From Alphaproteobacteria bacterium (GTDB lineage: Bacteria; Pseudomonadota; Alphaproteobacteria; Rhodobacterales; Rhodobacteraceae): DNA of 64,000 nucleotides. The stretch's first letter is position 1, and each line of letters begins with the position of its first letter. Positions 9,559-18,586 of this stretch are shown in pieces. The notes below the pieces were generated by a model. The model was not told where the DNA came from and did no database searches. It saw only the letters and a program-made list of their open reading frames with translations. The stretch lies in assembly GCA_030433335.1 (NCBI GenBank), contig JAUILL010000019.1, forward strand, positions 708 to 64,707. The letters run 5' to 3'. A program made the position numbers and the translations under genes.

Positions 9559-10722
9559 ATGGATTTTACGATTTCCGACGAGATGAAGATGGTCACCGAA
9601 GCGGTGGGCAAGTTCGTCCGCGAAAAGGTTCAGCCCCTCGAGATCGAGACCGAAGAGAACGCCAAAATTCCCGCCGACAAGCTGGCCGCTGTACGCGCCG
9701 AGGCGCAGGCATTGGGCTTCTATGCGATGAACATGTCCGAAGAGGTCGGCGGCGCTGGCCTTGGCGTGATGGACATGTGCTTGGTCGAAGAGCAATTGGG
9801 TCAGACCTCGGACGCTTTGATCCGCCGGATTTTCGGGCAGGTTTACCCGATGCTGGAACAGTTCGAGGATGAGGCGCTGCGTGAAAAGTACCTCTATCCC
9901 ACTGTCAAAGGCGACAAAGTCTGCGCCATGGCAATCACCGAGCCGGGCGCAGGTTCTGACGCGGCGGCGATCAAGACCAACGCGCATCTGGACGGGGATG
10001 AGTGGGTTCTGAACGGGACCAAACACTTTATCTCGGACGGGGATATCGCGGATTACGTGATCGTCATGGCCGTGACTGACGCTGAAAAGGGCGCGCGCGG
10101 CGGCATCACCTTGCTGATCGTTGACAAGGGCACCCCCGGTTTTCAGGTCACTCGCAACCAGCCCATGATGGGGCACCGCGGGTATGGCCACGCGGAACTC
10201 TACTTCGATAACGTCCGCATCCCCAAGGGCAACGTGCTGGGAGAGGTCGGCAACGGCTTCAAGGTGATGATGGCCAATGTGGGCGGTATCCGTCTGGGGC
10301 ACATCGGGGCCCGCGCGGTCGGCATGGCGTCCCGTGTGCTGGAAATGATGCGCGAACACGCGGCCACCCGCAAACAGTTCGGCCAGCCCATCGGCGACTT
10401 CCAGATGGTGCAACAGATGATCGCCGACAGCGCGATGGAGATTTTTGCCACCCGCATGATGGTGCTGAACACCGCTTGGGAAGAAGATCAGGGCATGGAC
10501 CCGCGCGACAAGGTCTCGATGGTCAAGGTTCAGGCCTCGGAAATGCTGGGGCGTGTGGCGGATCGGGGCATTCAGGTCTTTGGCGGCTACGGCTTTACCA
10601 AGGAACTGCCGCTGGAGCGCATCTACCGCGATGCCCGTGTCACCCGCATCTACGACGGCACCTCCGAAGTGCACCGCATGCTGATCGCCCGCTCGGTGAT
10701 CAAGCGCGGCCTGACCCTGTAA
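9559..10722 (+). CDS. Acyl-CoA dehydrogenase
   Basis: TEPGAGSD, NGTKHFIS, RKQFGQPI, QVFGGYG, RIYDGTSE. Confidence 0.95.
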   Translation: MDFTISDEMKMVTEAVGKFVREKVQPLEIETEENAKIPADKLAAVRAEAQALGFYAMNMSEEVGGAGLGVMDMCLVEEQLGQTSDALIRRIFGQVYPMLEQFEDEALREKYLYPTVKGDKVCAMAITEPGAGSDAAAIKTNAHLDGDEWVLNGTKHFISDGDIADYVIVMAVTDAEKGARGGITLLIVDKGTPGFQVTRNQPMMGHRGYGHAELYFDNVRIPKGNVLGEVGNGFKVMMANVGGIRLGHIGARAVGMASRVLEMMREHAATRKQFGQPIGDFQMVQQMIADSAMEIFATRMMVLNTAWEEDQGMDPRDKVSMVKVQASEMLGRVADRGIQVFGGYGFTKELPLERIYRDARVTRIYDGTSEVHRMLIARSVIKRGLTL

Positions 10723-10737
10723 TCGAAAGGACTTCCC

Positions 10738-11133
10738 ATGACCACGCTTCCCGCCATCGGCGACAGCATCACCTTTCGCAAGACCATGACCGTGGCCGAG
10801 CAGGGGTTCTTTACCGGCATCACCGGCAACATGACCAAGTCCCATGTGGACCGCGCCTATGCTAAATCCGTGGACCTGCCTGACATGTCGGTCTTCGAAC
10901 TGGCCGCCGCTGGCCTGTTGACCACTGCCCTCGGGCGCCTCTGCGGAGCAGACTGGCGGATCTGCACGTTCAACGTGGCGTTCGGCGCGTCGTTCCCTGT
11001 GGGTTCGTCGCTGTCCGCGACTGCATCCGTGACCGAAGCCACCGATCAGGCCATCGACTGCAGCCTGACCATCGCGGTCGAAGGGACAGAGACCATCACC
11101 GGCACTGCCCGCATGGTCCCGCTGAAGGGCTAA
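10738..11133 (+). CDS. Hot-dog/MaoC-like protein with degenerate catalytic motif
   Basis: GDSITFRKTMT...TGNMTKSHVD, with Asn in place of the Asp of the D-x4-H motif. Confidence 0.65.
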   Translation: MTTLPAIGDSITFRKTMTVAEQGFFTGITGNMTKSHVDRAYAKSVDLPDMSVFELAAAGLLTTALGRLCGADWRICTFNVAFGASFPVGSSLSATASVTEATDQAIDCSLTIAVEGTETITGTARMVPLKG

Positions 11134-11136
11134 GCC

Positions 11137-11571
11137 ATGTATAACATCCGCAACATCGACGAGTTGACCGTGGGCGACCGAGTGAGCGTCTCGAAAACCG
11201 TGACCGAGGCAGACGGCGCTATGTATATCGCCGCGACCGGCGATTTCGGCCCCGTCCATGTGGACGAAGGCTATGCCAGCACCACACGGTTCGGCGAACG
11301 CCTTGCCCCTGGAATTCTGGTCGCGGGAATCTGCACCTCGGTCCTGACGGCAGAACTGGTGGGCACTGTGGGCGTGTCGATCCGCGACAGCTTCTGGTTC
11401 ACCGGCGCAGTCCGCTACGGCGACACAATCACCTTCGACATCTGGATTTCCTCGAAGGACGAGGAAAACCGCACCGTCGATTGGCAGGCCAGCGCCCGCA
11501 ACGAAGAGGGCGTCGAAGTCCTCAAAGCCGATGCCACCCTGAAATTCCCGAGAAAACGAGTGACCCAATGA
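11137..11571 (+). CDS. MaoC/PhaJ-like (R)-enoyl-CoA hydratase
   Basis: VGDRVSVSKTVTE, TGDFGPVHVDE, RFGERLAPG, VRYGDTI. Confidence 0.85.
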   Translation: MYNIRNIDELTVGDRVSVSKTVTEADGAMYIAATGDFGPVHVDEGYASTTRFGERLAPGILVAGICTSVLTAELVGTVGVSIRDSFWFTGAVRYGDTITFDIWISSKDEENRTVDWQASARNEEGVEVLKADATLKFPRKRVTQ

Positions 11572-12497
11572 CCATTTCCGCCAAAGACCTGCGTGGCATC
11601 ACCGTCGCGACCGTTCTGCCCTTTGACGACGCTGGTGCGATTGACTGGGATGGCTACAGCGCCGTTCTGGACCACTGCGCCAAGCCCGAGACCACCGATT
11701 GCGTCTTCGTTAACGGCCACGCGGGCGAAGCGACCGCCCTGACCGACGCCGAAAAGACAGAGGTCATCAAGCGCACCCGCGAACAGATTTCGCCCGACCA
11801 GCCGCTGCTGGCGGGCGTTGTCCCCACCGGCATCCCCGACGCCCTGCGTCAGGCCGAAGCGGTGCGCGAAGCGGGCGCCGATGTGGCCGTGATCTTCCCG
11901 CCCGAAGCCCTTGGCGGCGGCAACGCCAACACCATGGCCGCGGTCAAAATGTACGAACTGCTGGCCAAGGAACTGCAGATGCCGTTGTCGCACTTCCAGT
12001 TCCCGATCGCTTCGGGCTTCGGGCTGGCGACCGACGTGCTGGCCGAAATCGCGAAAATCCCCGAGGTTATCGCGGTGAAAGAGGGCTCTGCCACCTTGTT
12101 GGCCTATGACGAAAACCGCCGCGCGATCAAAGCGGCAGACGACAACACCGCGATCTTGCCCTCGAACTTCCACTGGTTCTTTGCCCAAGTGGCACTGGGG
12201 GGCGATGGCATTCTGTCGGGACTGGCCAGTCTTGTCCCCGGCCTGCTCAAGGACCTGTGGGATGCGTCGGAAAACATGGACTTGGCGGCGATGCGCGCGG
12301 CGAATGATCGTCTGTATCCCGTGGTCCGCGCGATCTATGGCCCTGCGCCCGTGGTCGACATGCACACCCGCATGAAAGATGGCCTTCAGATGATGGGCGT
12401 GATCAAGAACGCGGCCCCCCGTCTGCCCCTGCTTCCCCAGTCCGAAGCGGTTCGCGACGGCGTCCGTCAGGCCCTGATCAAAGCCGAGGTGTTGTGA
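11568..12497 (+). CDS. DHDPS/NAL-family enzyme, atypical NGHAGE/FQ subtype
   Basis: Start MTISAKDLRG at ATG 11568 (ATGA overlap); NGHAGE, SHFQFP, AVKEGS. Confidence 0.85.
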   Translation: MTISAKDLRGITVATVLPFDDAGAIDWDGYSAVLDHCAKPETTDCVFVNGHAGEATALTDAEKTEVIKRTREQISPDQPLLAGVVPTGIPDALRQAEAVREAGADVAVIFPPEALGGGNANTMAAVKMYELLAKELQMPLSHFQFPIASGFGLATDVLAEIAKIPEVIAVKEGSATLLAYDENRRAIKAADDNTAILPSNFHWFFAQVALGGDGILSGLASLVPGLLKDLWDASENMDLAAMRAANDRLYPVVRAIYGPAPVVDMHTRMKDGLQMMGVIKNAAPRLPLLPQSEAVRDGVRQALIKAEVL

Positions 12498-13420
12498 TGA
12501 CAGCGGCGCTGAACGGCGGTCTTTATGCGGCGACCATCTGCCCGATGCACGACACGGGCGGGCTGGATTTCACCAGCTTGGAACGGCACTTCGCTCAGGT
12601 TCTGTCCGATCCCGGTCAGACGGGCCTCTTGCTTAACGGCCACGCGGGCGAGGGCATCCACATGTCTCGCTCAGAGCAAGCCGACGTGGTCCGCATCGCC
12701 CGCGAGGTCGCTGGCAAGCGCCGCATCCTCGCCGCCGTCAGCGCCGAGAACACCGAATTCGCAGCCGCCGACGCGCAAGCCGCGCTCAAGGCGGGTGCCG
12801 ATGCGATCATGGTTTTCGCGCCGTTTTCGTGGGGATTGGGCGTAGACCCGCGCGCGGTCGTGGCCCACCACCGCGGCATCGCCGAAGCCACAGGCGCCCC
12901 GATCTACCTGTTCCAAGGCTCGGTCGCCTCTGGCGGTCTGCACTACGAAACGGACCTCCTGCAACAGCTGCTTGAAATCGACGCCGTCGCAGGCATCAAA
13001 GAGGGCAGCTGGGAGGTCAAAGCCTATGAGACCACCCTGCGCACCGCCCGCGCGATGCGGCCCGATGTGGCGGTCATGGCCTCGGGCGATGAACATCTGT
13101 TCGGCTGCTACATGCTTGGCAGCGATGGATCTGCTGTTAGCCTGTCCGCCTTGGTGCCCGACCTGATCACGGCGCTGGACACCAATGTGCGCGAAGGCCG
13201 CATCCCCGACGCTCTGCAAATCCACACCGCACTCTATGATCTGGCGCGTCTGGTCTATGCCCGCCCCGGCCATCTGGCCGCCGCACGGCTCAAGGCCTGC
13301 CTTGCCGCGATGGGCCGGATCGACAGCCCCGCCTGCCGCGCCCCAACCCCCCGCATTCCCGACGCAGAACTTGATGCCCTCATGGCCGCTCTGCGCCCCT
13401 GTCTGGAGCTTTCCGCATGA
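12494..13420 (+). CDS. DHDPS/NAL-family enzyme, atypical NGHAGE/FQ subtype
   Basis: GLYAATICP, NGHAGEG, YLFQGS, GIKEGSWE, SGDEHL. Confidence 0.85.
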   Translation: MMTAALNGGLYAATICPMHDTGGLDFTSLERHFAQVLSDPGQTGLLLNGHAGEGIHMSRSEQADVVRIAREVAGKRRILAAVSAENTEFAAADAQAALKAGADAIMVFAPFSWGLGVDPRAVVAHHRGIAEATGAPIYLFQGSVASGGLHYETDLLQQLLEIDAVAGIKEGSWEVKAYETTLRTARAMRPDVAVMASGDEHLFGCYMLGSDGSAVSLSALVPDLITALDTNVREGRIPDALQIHTALYDLARLVYARPGHLAAARLKACLAAMGRIDSPACRAPTPRIPDAELDALMAALRPCLELSA

Positions 13421-13704
13421 CCGCCCTGCAAACCCATATCGTGTTCGTCGACGTCGCCCCCGAGGACGAAGCCGCCTTTGACGACTGGTACGAAAACACC
13501 CATCTGCCCGACATTCTGGCCTGTCCCGGTTGGCTCGATGCCCGCCGCGAGAAATGCCTCGAGGGCGGCCCGCGCCACGTTGCGATCTACACGATCACCG
13601 GCCCCGAAGCCTATGAAACCCCCGAATTCGAGGCTATCAAAGGCTTCGGACCCTTTACCGACAAGGTAAAGAACTTCAAACGCATCCGCCTGACAAAGTC
13701 CTGA
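13417..13704 (+). CDS. Small dimeric alpha-beta barrel protein (EthD/DUF4286-like)
   Basis: EAAFDDWYENTHLPDILACPGW pattern; translationally coupled to the upstream gene. Confidence 0.7.
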   Translation: MTALQTHIVFVDVAPEDEAAFDDWYENTHLPDILACPGWLDARREKCLEGGPRHVAIYTITGPEAYETPEFEAIKGFGPFTDKVKNFKRIRLTKS

Positions 13705-13723
13705 GAACCAAGGGGTTAGAGCC

Positions 13724-14659
13724 ATTCCCGATATCCTGAACCTTCGCCAGTTGGAAATTCTGCGCGCCGTTGTGACCTATCGCACGACGGTCGGCGCGGC
13801 CGAGCGGCTGGGGATGTCCCAGCCCTCGATCTCTAACACGATCCGGCACATTGAAACGGTTCTGGGATTTCCCTTGTTCGAGCGAGTCAGCAACCGCCTG
13901 TCCCCCACGGACGAGGCGATGATCCTGCTCGAAGAGGCTGAGCCTCTGTTCCACCTGCGTGACGCGGTTAACCAAAGGGCAGGGGACCTGCGCACGGGCC
14001 GGATCGGGCGCATTCGCATCGCGGCCACCGCCGAACTCAGCGAGTCCGTCCTGCCTCGAGTGATCGCCGACTATGCCCGCGATTACCCCCGCATTCAGCT
14101 TTCGCTGGAAACCCGCCCTTTGGACAGCGTTCTGCAAGTGGTCGAGAATGGTGTGGCCGACGTGGCCTTTGCCATGGCACCCTATGAACGGCAGGCGATG
14201 AACTATGAACAGATCGCGGTCTTACGCCCCGTTTGCCTGCTGCAAGAAAGTGATCCGCTGGCAAAGCTGGACGTGATCACAGCCAAAGACCTGATGGGCG
14301 CCGCCCTGATCGGACCGCAGGTCTCCACCCGGATCGGCCTGATGTTGGCCGACAGTTTCCGCGCGCAGGGGCTGGAATATCGCCCCTCTATCGAGACGCG
14401 GTTTATGAACGCCGCCGTGCGGATTGTGCGCGATGGTTGGGGCGTGGCCTTGGTCGACGAACTATCCGCGCACACCGAATTGCGCCCCGGTCTGGTGATC
14501 CGCCCCTATGGCTCGGACCAGAGTTTCGACCTCTGCGCGGCGATGCAAAAAACCAAAGTCCCCTCGCGCCAGACCCGCCGTTTCATCGAGGTGTTCCGCG
14601 AACGGGTCGAATTACGACTCGCCGAAGTGCGCGAGGAAAGCCAGCGTCCTATCGTCTAA
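13724..14659 (+). CDS. LysR-family transcriptional regulator (start codon probably non-canonical)
   Basis: HTH AAERLGMSQPSISNTIRHIE and LFER. The in-frame LNLRQLE lies upstream of the first TTG (13751), so the start is placed tentatively at ATT 13724. Confidence 0.88.
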   Translation: MPDILNLRQLEILRAVVTYRTTVGAAERLGMSQPSISNTIRHIETVLGFPLFERVSNRLSPTDEAMILLEEAEPLFHLRDAVNQRAGDLRTGRIGRIRIAATAELSESVLPRVIADYARDYPRIQLSLETRPLDSVLQVVENGVADVAFAMAPYERQAMNYEQIAVLRPVCLLQESDPLAKLDVITAKDLMGAALIGPQVSTRIGLMLADSFRAQGLEYRPSIETRFMNAAVRIVRDGWGVALVDELSAHTELRPGLVIRPYGSDQSFDLCAAMQKTKVPSRQTRRFIEVFRERVELRLAEVREESQRPIV

Positions 14660-15422
14660 CCTTGGTTAACGCGGCAGCGCCGCCTTCGATGATCAGGTTG
14701 GTGTCATTGGTCACCACGATTCTGGTTGCTCCAAGATCCAGAGCATAGGGTCGGACCAATGCAGGTGGCAGACCCATCACGCCGAGGTCGCAGCCATTGT
14801 CCCGCGCCGCAATTGCGATGCGTGAAAAAGCATTGCGAACGTCCTCGTGTTCCAACTGCCCGCGACGTCCAATCCCGTCCGCCAGATCGTTCGATCCGAT
14901 TATCAGCATGTCGATGCCCGACGTTGCTGCGATCTGATCGACATTTTGCAAAGCCTCTGCACTTTCGATCATTGCGATGACTTTCGTGTTCTGCTCCGCC
15001 CGCTGGCACAGTTCCGCCGCCGGCACGATTCCATAGTCGAGCGCAGGCAAAGGGCCGGGCAGCGCACGTCGTCCATTCGGGGCGAATTTGCAGATGGATG
15101 CGATGTGTGCGGCCTGCTCTGGGGTGTCGACGTGAGGCACGATCACCCCGCTCGCACCACAGTCCAGAACCCGCGCGATGTCGCCCGACGTCGGGCCGGT
15201 CACACGTCCGTACACTGTGACGCCGACGGCGATGCCCGCGCTAGCGACCTGTCCAAGTTCGCTGATGCCCAAGGGCCCGTGCTCCATATCGACAACGACA
15301 AAGTCAAAACCTGCACCACGCGCGAGCAGCACCGATTCTGATCGTCCGAGCAGGCACAGGGCGAGGCCAAAATGTGATCTGCTTTGACGGGAATTCTCGG
15401 ATTTTGATGATCCAATTTTCAT
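14649..15422 (-). CDS. HpcH/HpaI class II pyruvate aldolase
   Basis: GFDFVVVDMEHG, LDCGASGVIVPHV, AMIES, IGSNDL; start uncertain (ATG 15422 chosen); overlaps the end of the convergent lysR by 11 nt. Confidence 0.85.
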   Translation of the reverse strand: MKIGSSKSENSRQSRSHFGLALCLLGRSESVLLARGAGFDFVVVDMEHGPLGISELGQVASAGIAVGVTVYGRVTGPTSGDIARVLDCGASGVIVPHVDTPEQAAHIASICKFAPNGRRALPGPLPALDYGIVPAAELCQRAEQNTKVIAMIESAEALQNVDQIAATSGIDMLIIGSNDLADGIGRRGQLEHEDVRNAFSRIAIAARDNGCDLGVMGLPPALVRPYALDLGATRIVVTNDTNLIIEGGAAALTKVRR

Positions 15423-15652
15423 TTTACAAGAGCTTTCTGATCTCATATTGCCTAAATCTTGATCATCTTGGATCACAGTTTTCAAGTAATTCGCGCTTTC
15501 GATGGCAATAAATACTTTGCGCCGCGATATTAATAGTCGCTGCCCTTGCCTGACGCCGCACCACTGCGCAGCATCGAGAAAAGGCAACGAAATACCAAGT
15601 GATCCAGAGCTTTATCGCTTTCGGATTGTGCCGAGTGAACGAGAGGTCCGCT

Positions 15653-16222
15653 ATGCCAACCCCTGCAACCCCTGTTACGGATGCGTCCGGCAAAGCGCGA
15701 TCAAGTGCCTTTGAAAATTTGATCAGATTTGGATGTGGCGCGCTGACCGTTCTGCGCCGCGTCGTCGACGGCGTCGCGCTTCTGCTGCTGGCCTACATGG
15801 CGGGCGCAATCCTTGCGCAGATCATCGGCCGGTACTTCTTCAACTACTCAATCGCATGGAGTGAAGAGACCGCCACGTTCGCCCAAGTGTGGCTCACGCT
15901 GCTGGGGGCGGGGATCGCGATGCGGTACAACCAACACGTCGGCGTCGACGTTTTGATCCGCAAAGCGCCACTGCCTGTTCAGCGCGTCTGTAACGCGGCG
16001 GGGCTGGCGCTCGGGGTCTGGTTCTTGGCCGTTGTCGTGGTTGGATCATTCTCGATGGTGGCCATTGGCTTGATCGTGAAATCGCCTGCGCTTCGCATTC
16101 CGATGGCGTGGCCCTACATGGCGCTGCCCGTGGGTTTTGGCTATTTTCTGATCGAATTTGCCGTGACCTTCGCACCCAAAGTTCTGCGTCCCGAAACCGA
16201 CAACGCCGAGGTGCCCGCATGA
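15653..16222 (+). CDS. dctQ: TRAP small permease DctQ
   Basis: GRYFFNYSIAWSEE, HVGVD, four TM segments. Confidence 0.88.
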   Translation: MPTPATPVTDASGKARSSAFENLIRFGCGALTVLRRVVDGVALLLLAYMAGAILAQIIGRYFFNYSIAWSEETATFAQVWLTLLGAGIAMRYNQHVGVDVLIRKAPLPVQRVCNAAGLALGVWFLAVVVVGSFSMVAIGLIVKSPALRIPMAWPYMALPVGFGYFLIEFAVTFAPKVLRPETDNAEVPA

Positions 16223-17496
16223 TTTTCGCTGGCGGAGGTTTCCTTCTTCTTCTTGTGTCGGGCGTGCCGATCGTGCTGGCGCTTGGGATCGCCGCTCTGG
16301 TGGCGATTGAACTCACCACCACCGTGCCTCTGTCGATTGTGGCGCAACGGGTCTATGGCGGGATCAGCTCGTTTACCTTGATGGCCATTCCGTTCTTTGT
16401 CGCCTCTGGTCTGCTGATGGAGGCGGGCGGCATCGCGCGCCGGTTTGTGAACCTAGCGAGTGCGTTGGTTGGCTGGATCACGGGCTCGCTCTATCTGGTG
16501 TCGATCGTGACAGGCACGGGTCTGGCGGCGATTTCCGGTTCTGGTTCGGCGGATACAGCGGCCATCAGCGCGGTTATGACGCCCGAGATGCGCAAGCGTC
16601 GCTATGACATCGATTTGGCTTCGGCTGTGATCGCGGCGTCTGGCTCGCTGGCCTCTATCATTCCGCCGTCGATCGTCATGATCGTGATCGCAATCACTGC
16701 GAACCAATCGATTGGTGCCATGTTCCTTGGTGGGATCGTGCCCGGGCTATTGGTTGTCGCTGGTCTGATGGGCGGCTGCTGGTTGCATGCCCGTCAGGAC
16801 CCCGCAGTCCAAACCGACCGCGAGGATTTTAGCTTCGACAAGCTGGTCAAAGCCTTCATCGCTGCACTGCCCGGCATGATCGTCCCCGTCGTGATCATTG
16901 GCGGCATCATCGGCGGCGTGTTCACCGCGACCGAAGCGGCCTGCGTGGCGCTGTTTACCACGCTGCTGGTCACCATGGGCATCTACCGCGAACTGACCTT
17001 CAAGGATCTGCCGCGCATCTGCCTCAAGGCGATCAGTCTGTCCGCCACCGTTCTGATCATCGTCGCCACGGCTTCGGTCTTTACCTGGTTCATCGCGACC
17101 CAAGGTCTGCCTGCCCTCTTGCGCGACTGGTTGACCGGCGTGACCGACAGCCCCTTTGTTTTCTTGCTGATCGTGAACATCCTGCTGCTGATTGTCGGCA
17201 TGTTCATGGAGAGCATTTCGGCCGTCTTGATCCTGCTCCCGATCCTGCTGCCCATCGCGCGTAGCTATGGCATCGACCCTGTTCAGTTCGGCGTCATCAC
17301 CGCGTTGAACCTATCAATCGGCCTGATCACACCGCCCTACGGTATTTGCCTTTACGTCGCCGCGACCGTTGCGGGCCGCCGGATCGAGCAGGTCTCTCGC
17401 AAGGTATGGCTGCCCCTTCTGTGCATGCTGGTTGCGCTCGTGCTCGTGACCTTTGTGCCTGCCGTTTCTCTCTGGTTGCCGTCGGTCTTGATGTGA
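16219..17496 (+). CDS. dctM: TRAP large permease DctM
   Basis: MAIPFF, SGSGSADTAAIS, IPPS, FTATEA, TPPYG; ATG 16219 overlaps the dctQ stop. Confidence 0.93.
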   Translation: MIFAGGGFLLLLVSGVPIVLALGIAALVAIELTTTVPLSIVAQRVYGGISSFTLMAIPFFVASGLLMEAGGIARRFVNLASALVGWITGSLYLVSIVTGTGLAAISGSGSADTAAISAVMTPEMRKRRYDIDLASAVIAASGSLASIIPPSIVMIVIAITANQSIGAMFLGGIVPGLLVVAGLMGGCWLHARQDPAVQTDREDFSFDKLVKAFIAALPGMIVPVVIIGGIIGGVFTATEAACVALFTTLLVTMGIYRELTFKDLPRICLKAISLSATVLIIVATASVFTWFIATQGLPALLRDWLTGVTDSPFVFLLIVNILLLIVGMFMESISAVLILLPILLPIARSYGIDPVQFGVITALNLSIGLITPPYGICLYVAATVAGRRIEQVSRKVWLPLLCMLVALVLVTFVPAVSLWLPSVLM

Positions 17497-17549
17497 CCGC
17501 CGGACGCCAACTCCTTCTCCTCCAACCAAAACATCAACAGGGAACTCCT

Positions 17550-18512
17550 ATGAAAACCGTATTCACCACCTTTGCTGCTGTCGCCGCTCTGGCTGCTGCC
17601 GTGCCTGCATTCGCTGCCGACTACACCTTCAAGGCCGCGCATACCAACGCCGCGGGCGAAGTGCAGGACATGGGTCTGCAAAAGATGAAAGACCTGCTCG
17701 AAGAGAAAACTGATGGCGCGGCGACCATCGAAATCTACGCTGGTGGCCAGCTGGGTGACGAACAGCAAACCGTCGAAGGCGTCATGATGGGCACTGTGGA
17801 CATTGCCATGACCTCGAACGCGATGCTGTCGAACTACGTCGAAGACTACAAAGTGTTCGATCTGCCCTTCCTGTTCCCCTCGATCCCCGCGCTGGGTGAG
17901 AAGGTCGACGCAAACTGGGGCATGATGGAAGAGTCGGCGAACGAGTCCGGTTTCGAATTGCTGGCAGTCTTCTCGTCGGGCATCCGTCACCTGATGACCG
18001 CGAACCCCGTGAACTCGATCGAAGACCTCGAGGGCATGAAAATCCGCACCATGCAGAACCCTGTGCACGTTAGTGCTTTCCGCGAGTACGACGCGAACCC
18101 CACCCCGATGTCCTACTCGGAGCTTTATGGCGCGCTGCAGTCGGGCGTTGTTGATGGTGCCGAAGGTGCCTCGACCGGTTACGACGGCATGAAGTTCTAT
18201 GAAGTTGCACCCAACTTCGCTCTGGTTGGCTGGCTGAACATGACCGCGCCGATCACCATGCAGAAGTCCAAGTTCGACGCACTGCCCGAGGATATCCAGA
18301 CCGCTCTTCTGGAAGCGGGCTCCGAAGCGGCAACATGGCAGCGTCAGTACGTTGTCGATCAGGAACAGCCCCTGCTGGATAGCTTCCGCGAAAAGGGCGT
18401 GAACATCACCGAACCCGATACCGCTCCGTTCATCGAGGCGTCGAAGCCCCTCTATGAATCCGAGCTGACCACTGATGGCCAGAAGGCGCTGTTCGAAGCG
18501 CTCACCAACTAA
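17550..18512 (+). CDS. dctP: TRAP substrate-binding protein DctP
   Basis: Signal peptide MKTVF...PAFA, GMKIRTMQN, ELYGALQSGVVDGAE. Confidence 0.93.
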   Translation: MKTVFTTFAAVAALAAAVPAFAADYTFKAAHTNAAGEVQDMGLQKMKDLLEEKTDGAATIEIYAGGQLGDEQQTVEGVMMGTVDIAMTSNAMLSNYVEDYKVFDLPFLFPSIPALGEKVDANWGMMEESANESGFELLAVFSSGIRHLMTANPVNSIEDLEGMKIRTMQNPVHVSAFREYDANPTPMSYSELYGALQSGVVDGAEGASTGYDGMKFYEVAPNFALVGWLNMTAPITMQKSKFDALPEDIQTALLEAGSEAATWQRQYVVDQEQPLLDSFREKGVNITEPDTAPFIEASKPLYESELTTDGQKALFEALTN

Positions 18513-18522
18513 GTTACCCCCA

Positions 18523-18572
18523 GTCGGGGCCTGCACCCCCCTCCGTTCGTCAGCAGGCCCCGACGTTTTTTT
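18523..18572 (+). terminator. Intrinsic terminator after dctP
   Basis: 12-bp stem GTCGGGGCCTGC/GCAGGCCCCGAC followed by GTTTTTTT. Confidence 0.7.
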
Positions 18573-18586
18573 CTGGAAGAACAGCA

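Noticed and set aside
9352-11568. 738-aa - strand ORF; likewise 625-1869, 31294-32964, 38777-40615, 47683-48981 and 59441-60580
   Set aside because: Antisense mirrors of well-supported genes, with no SD and no family motifs.
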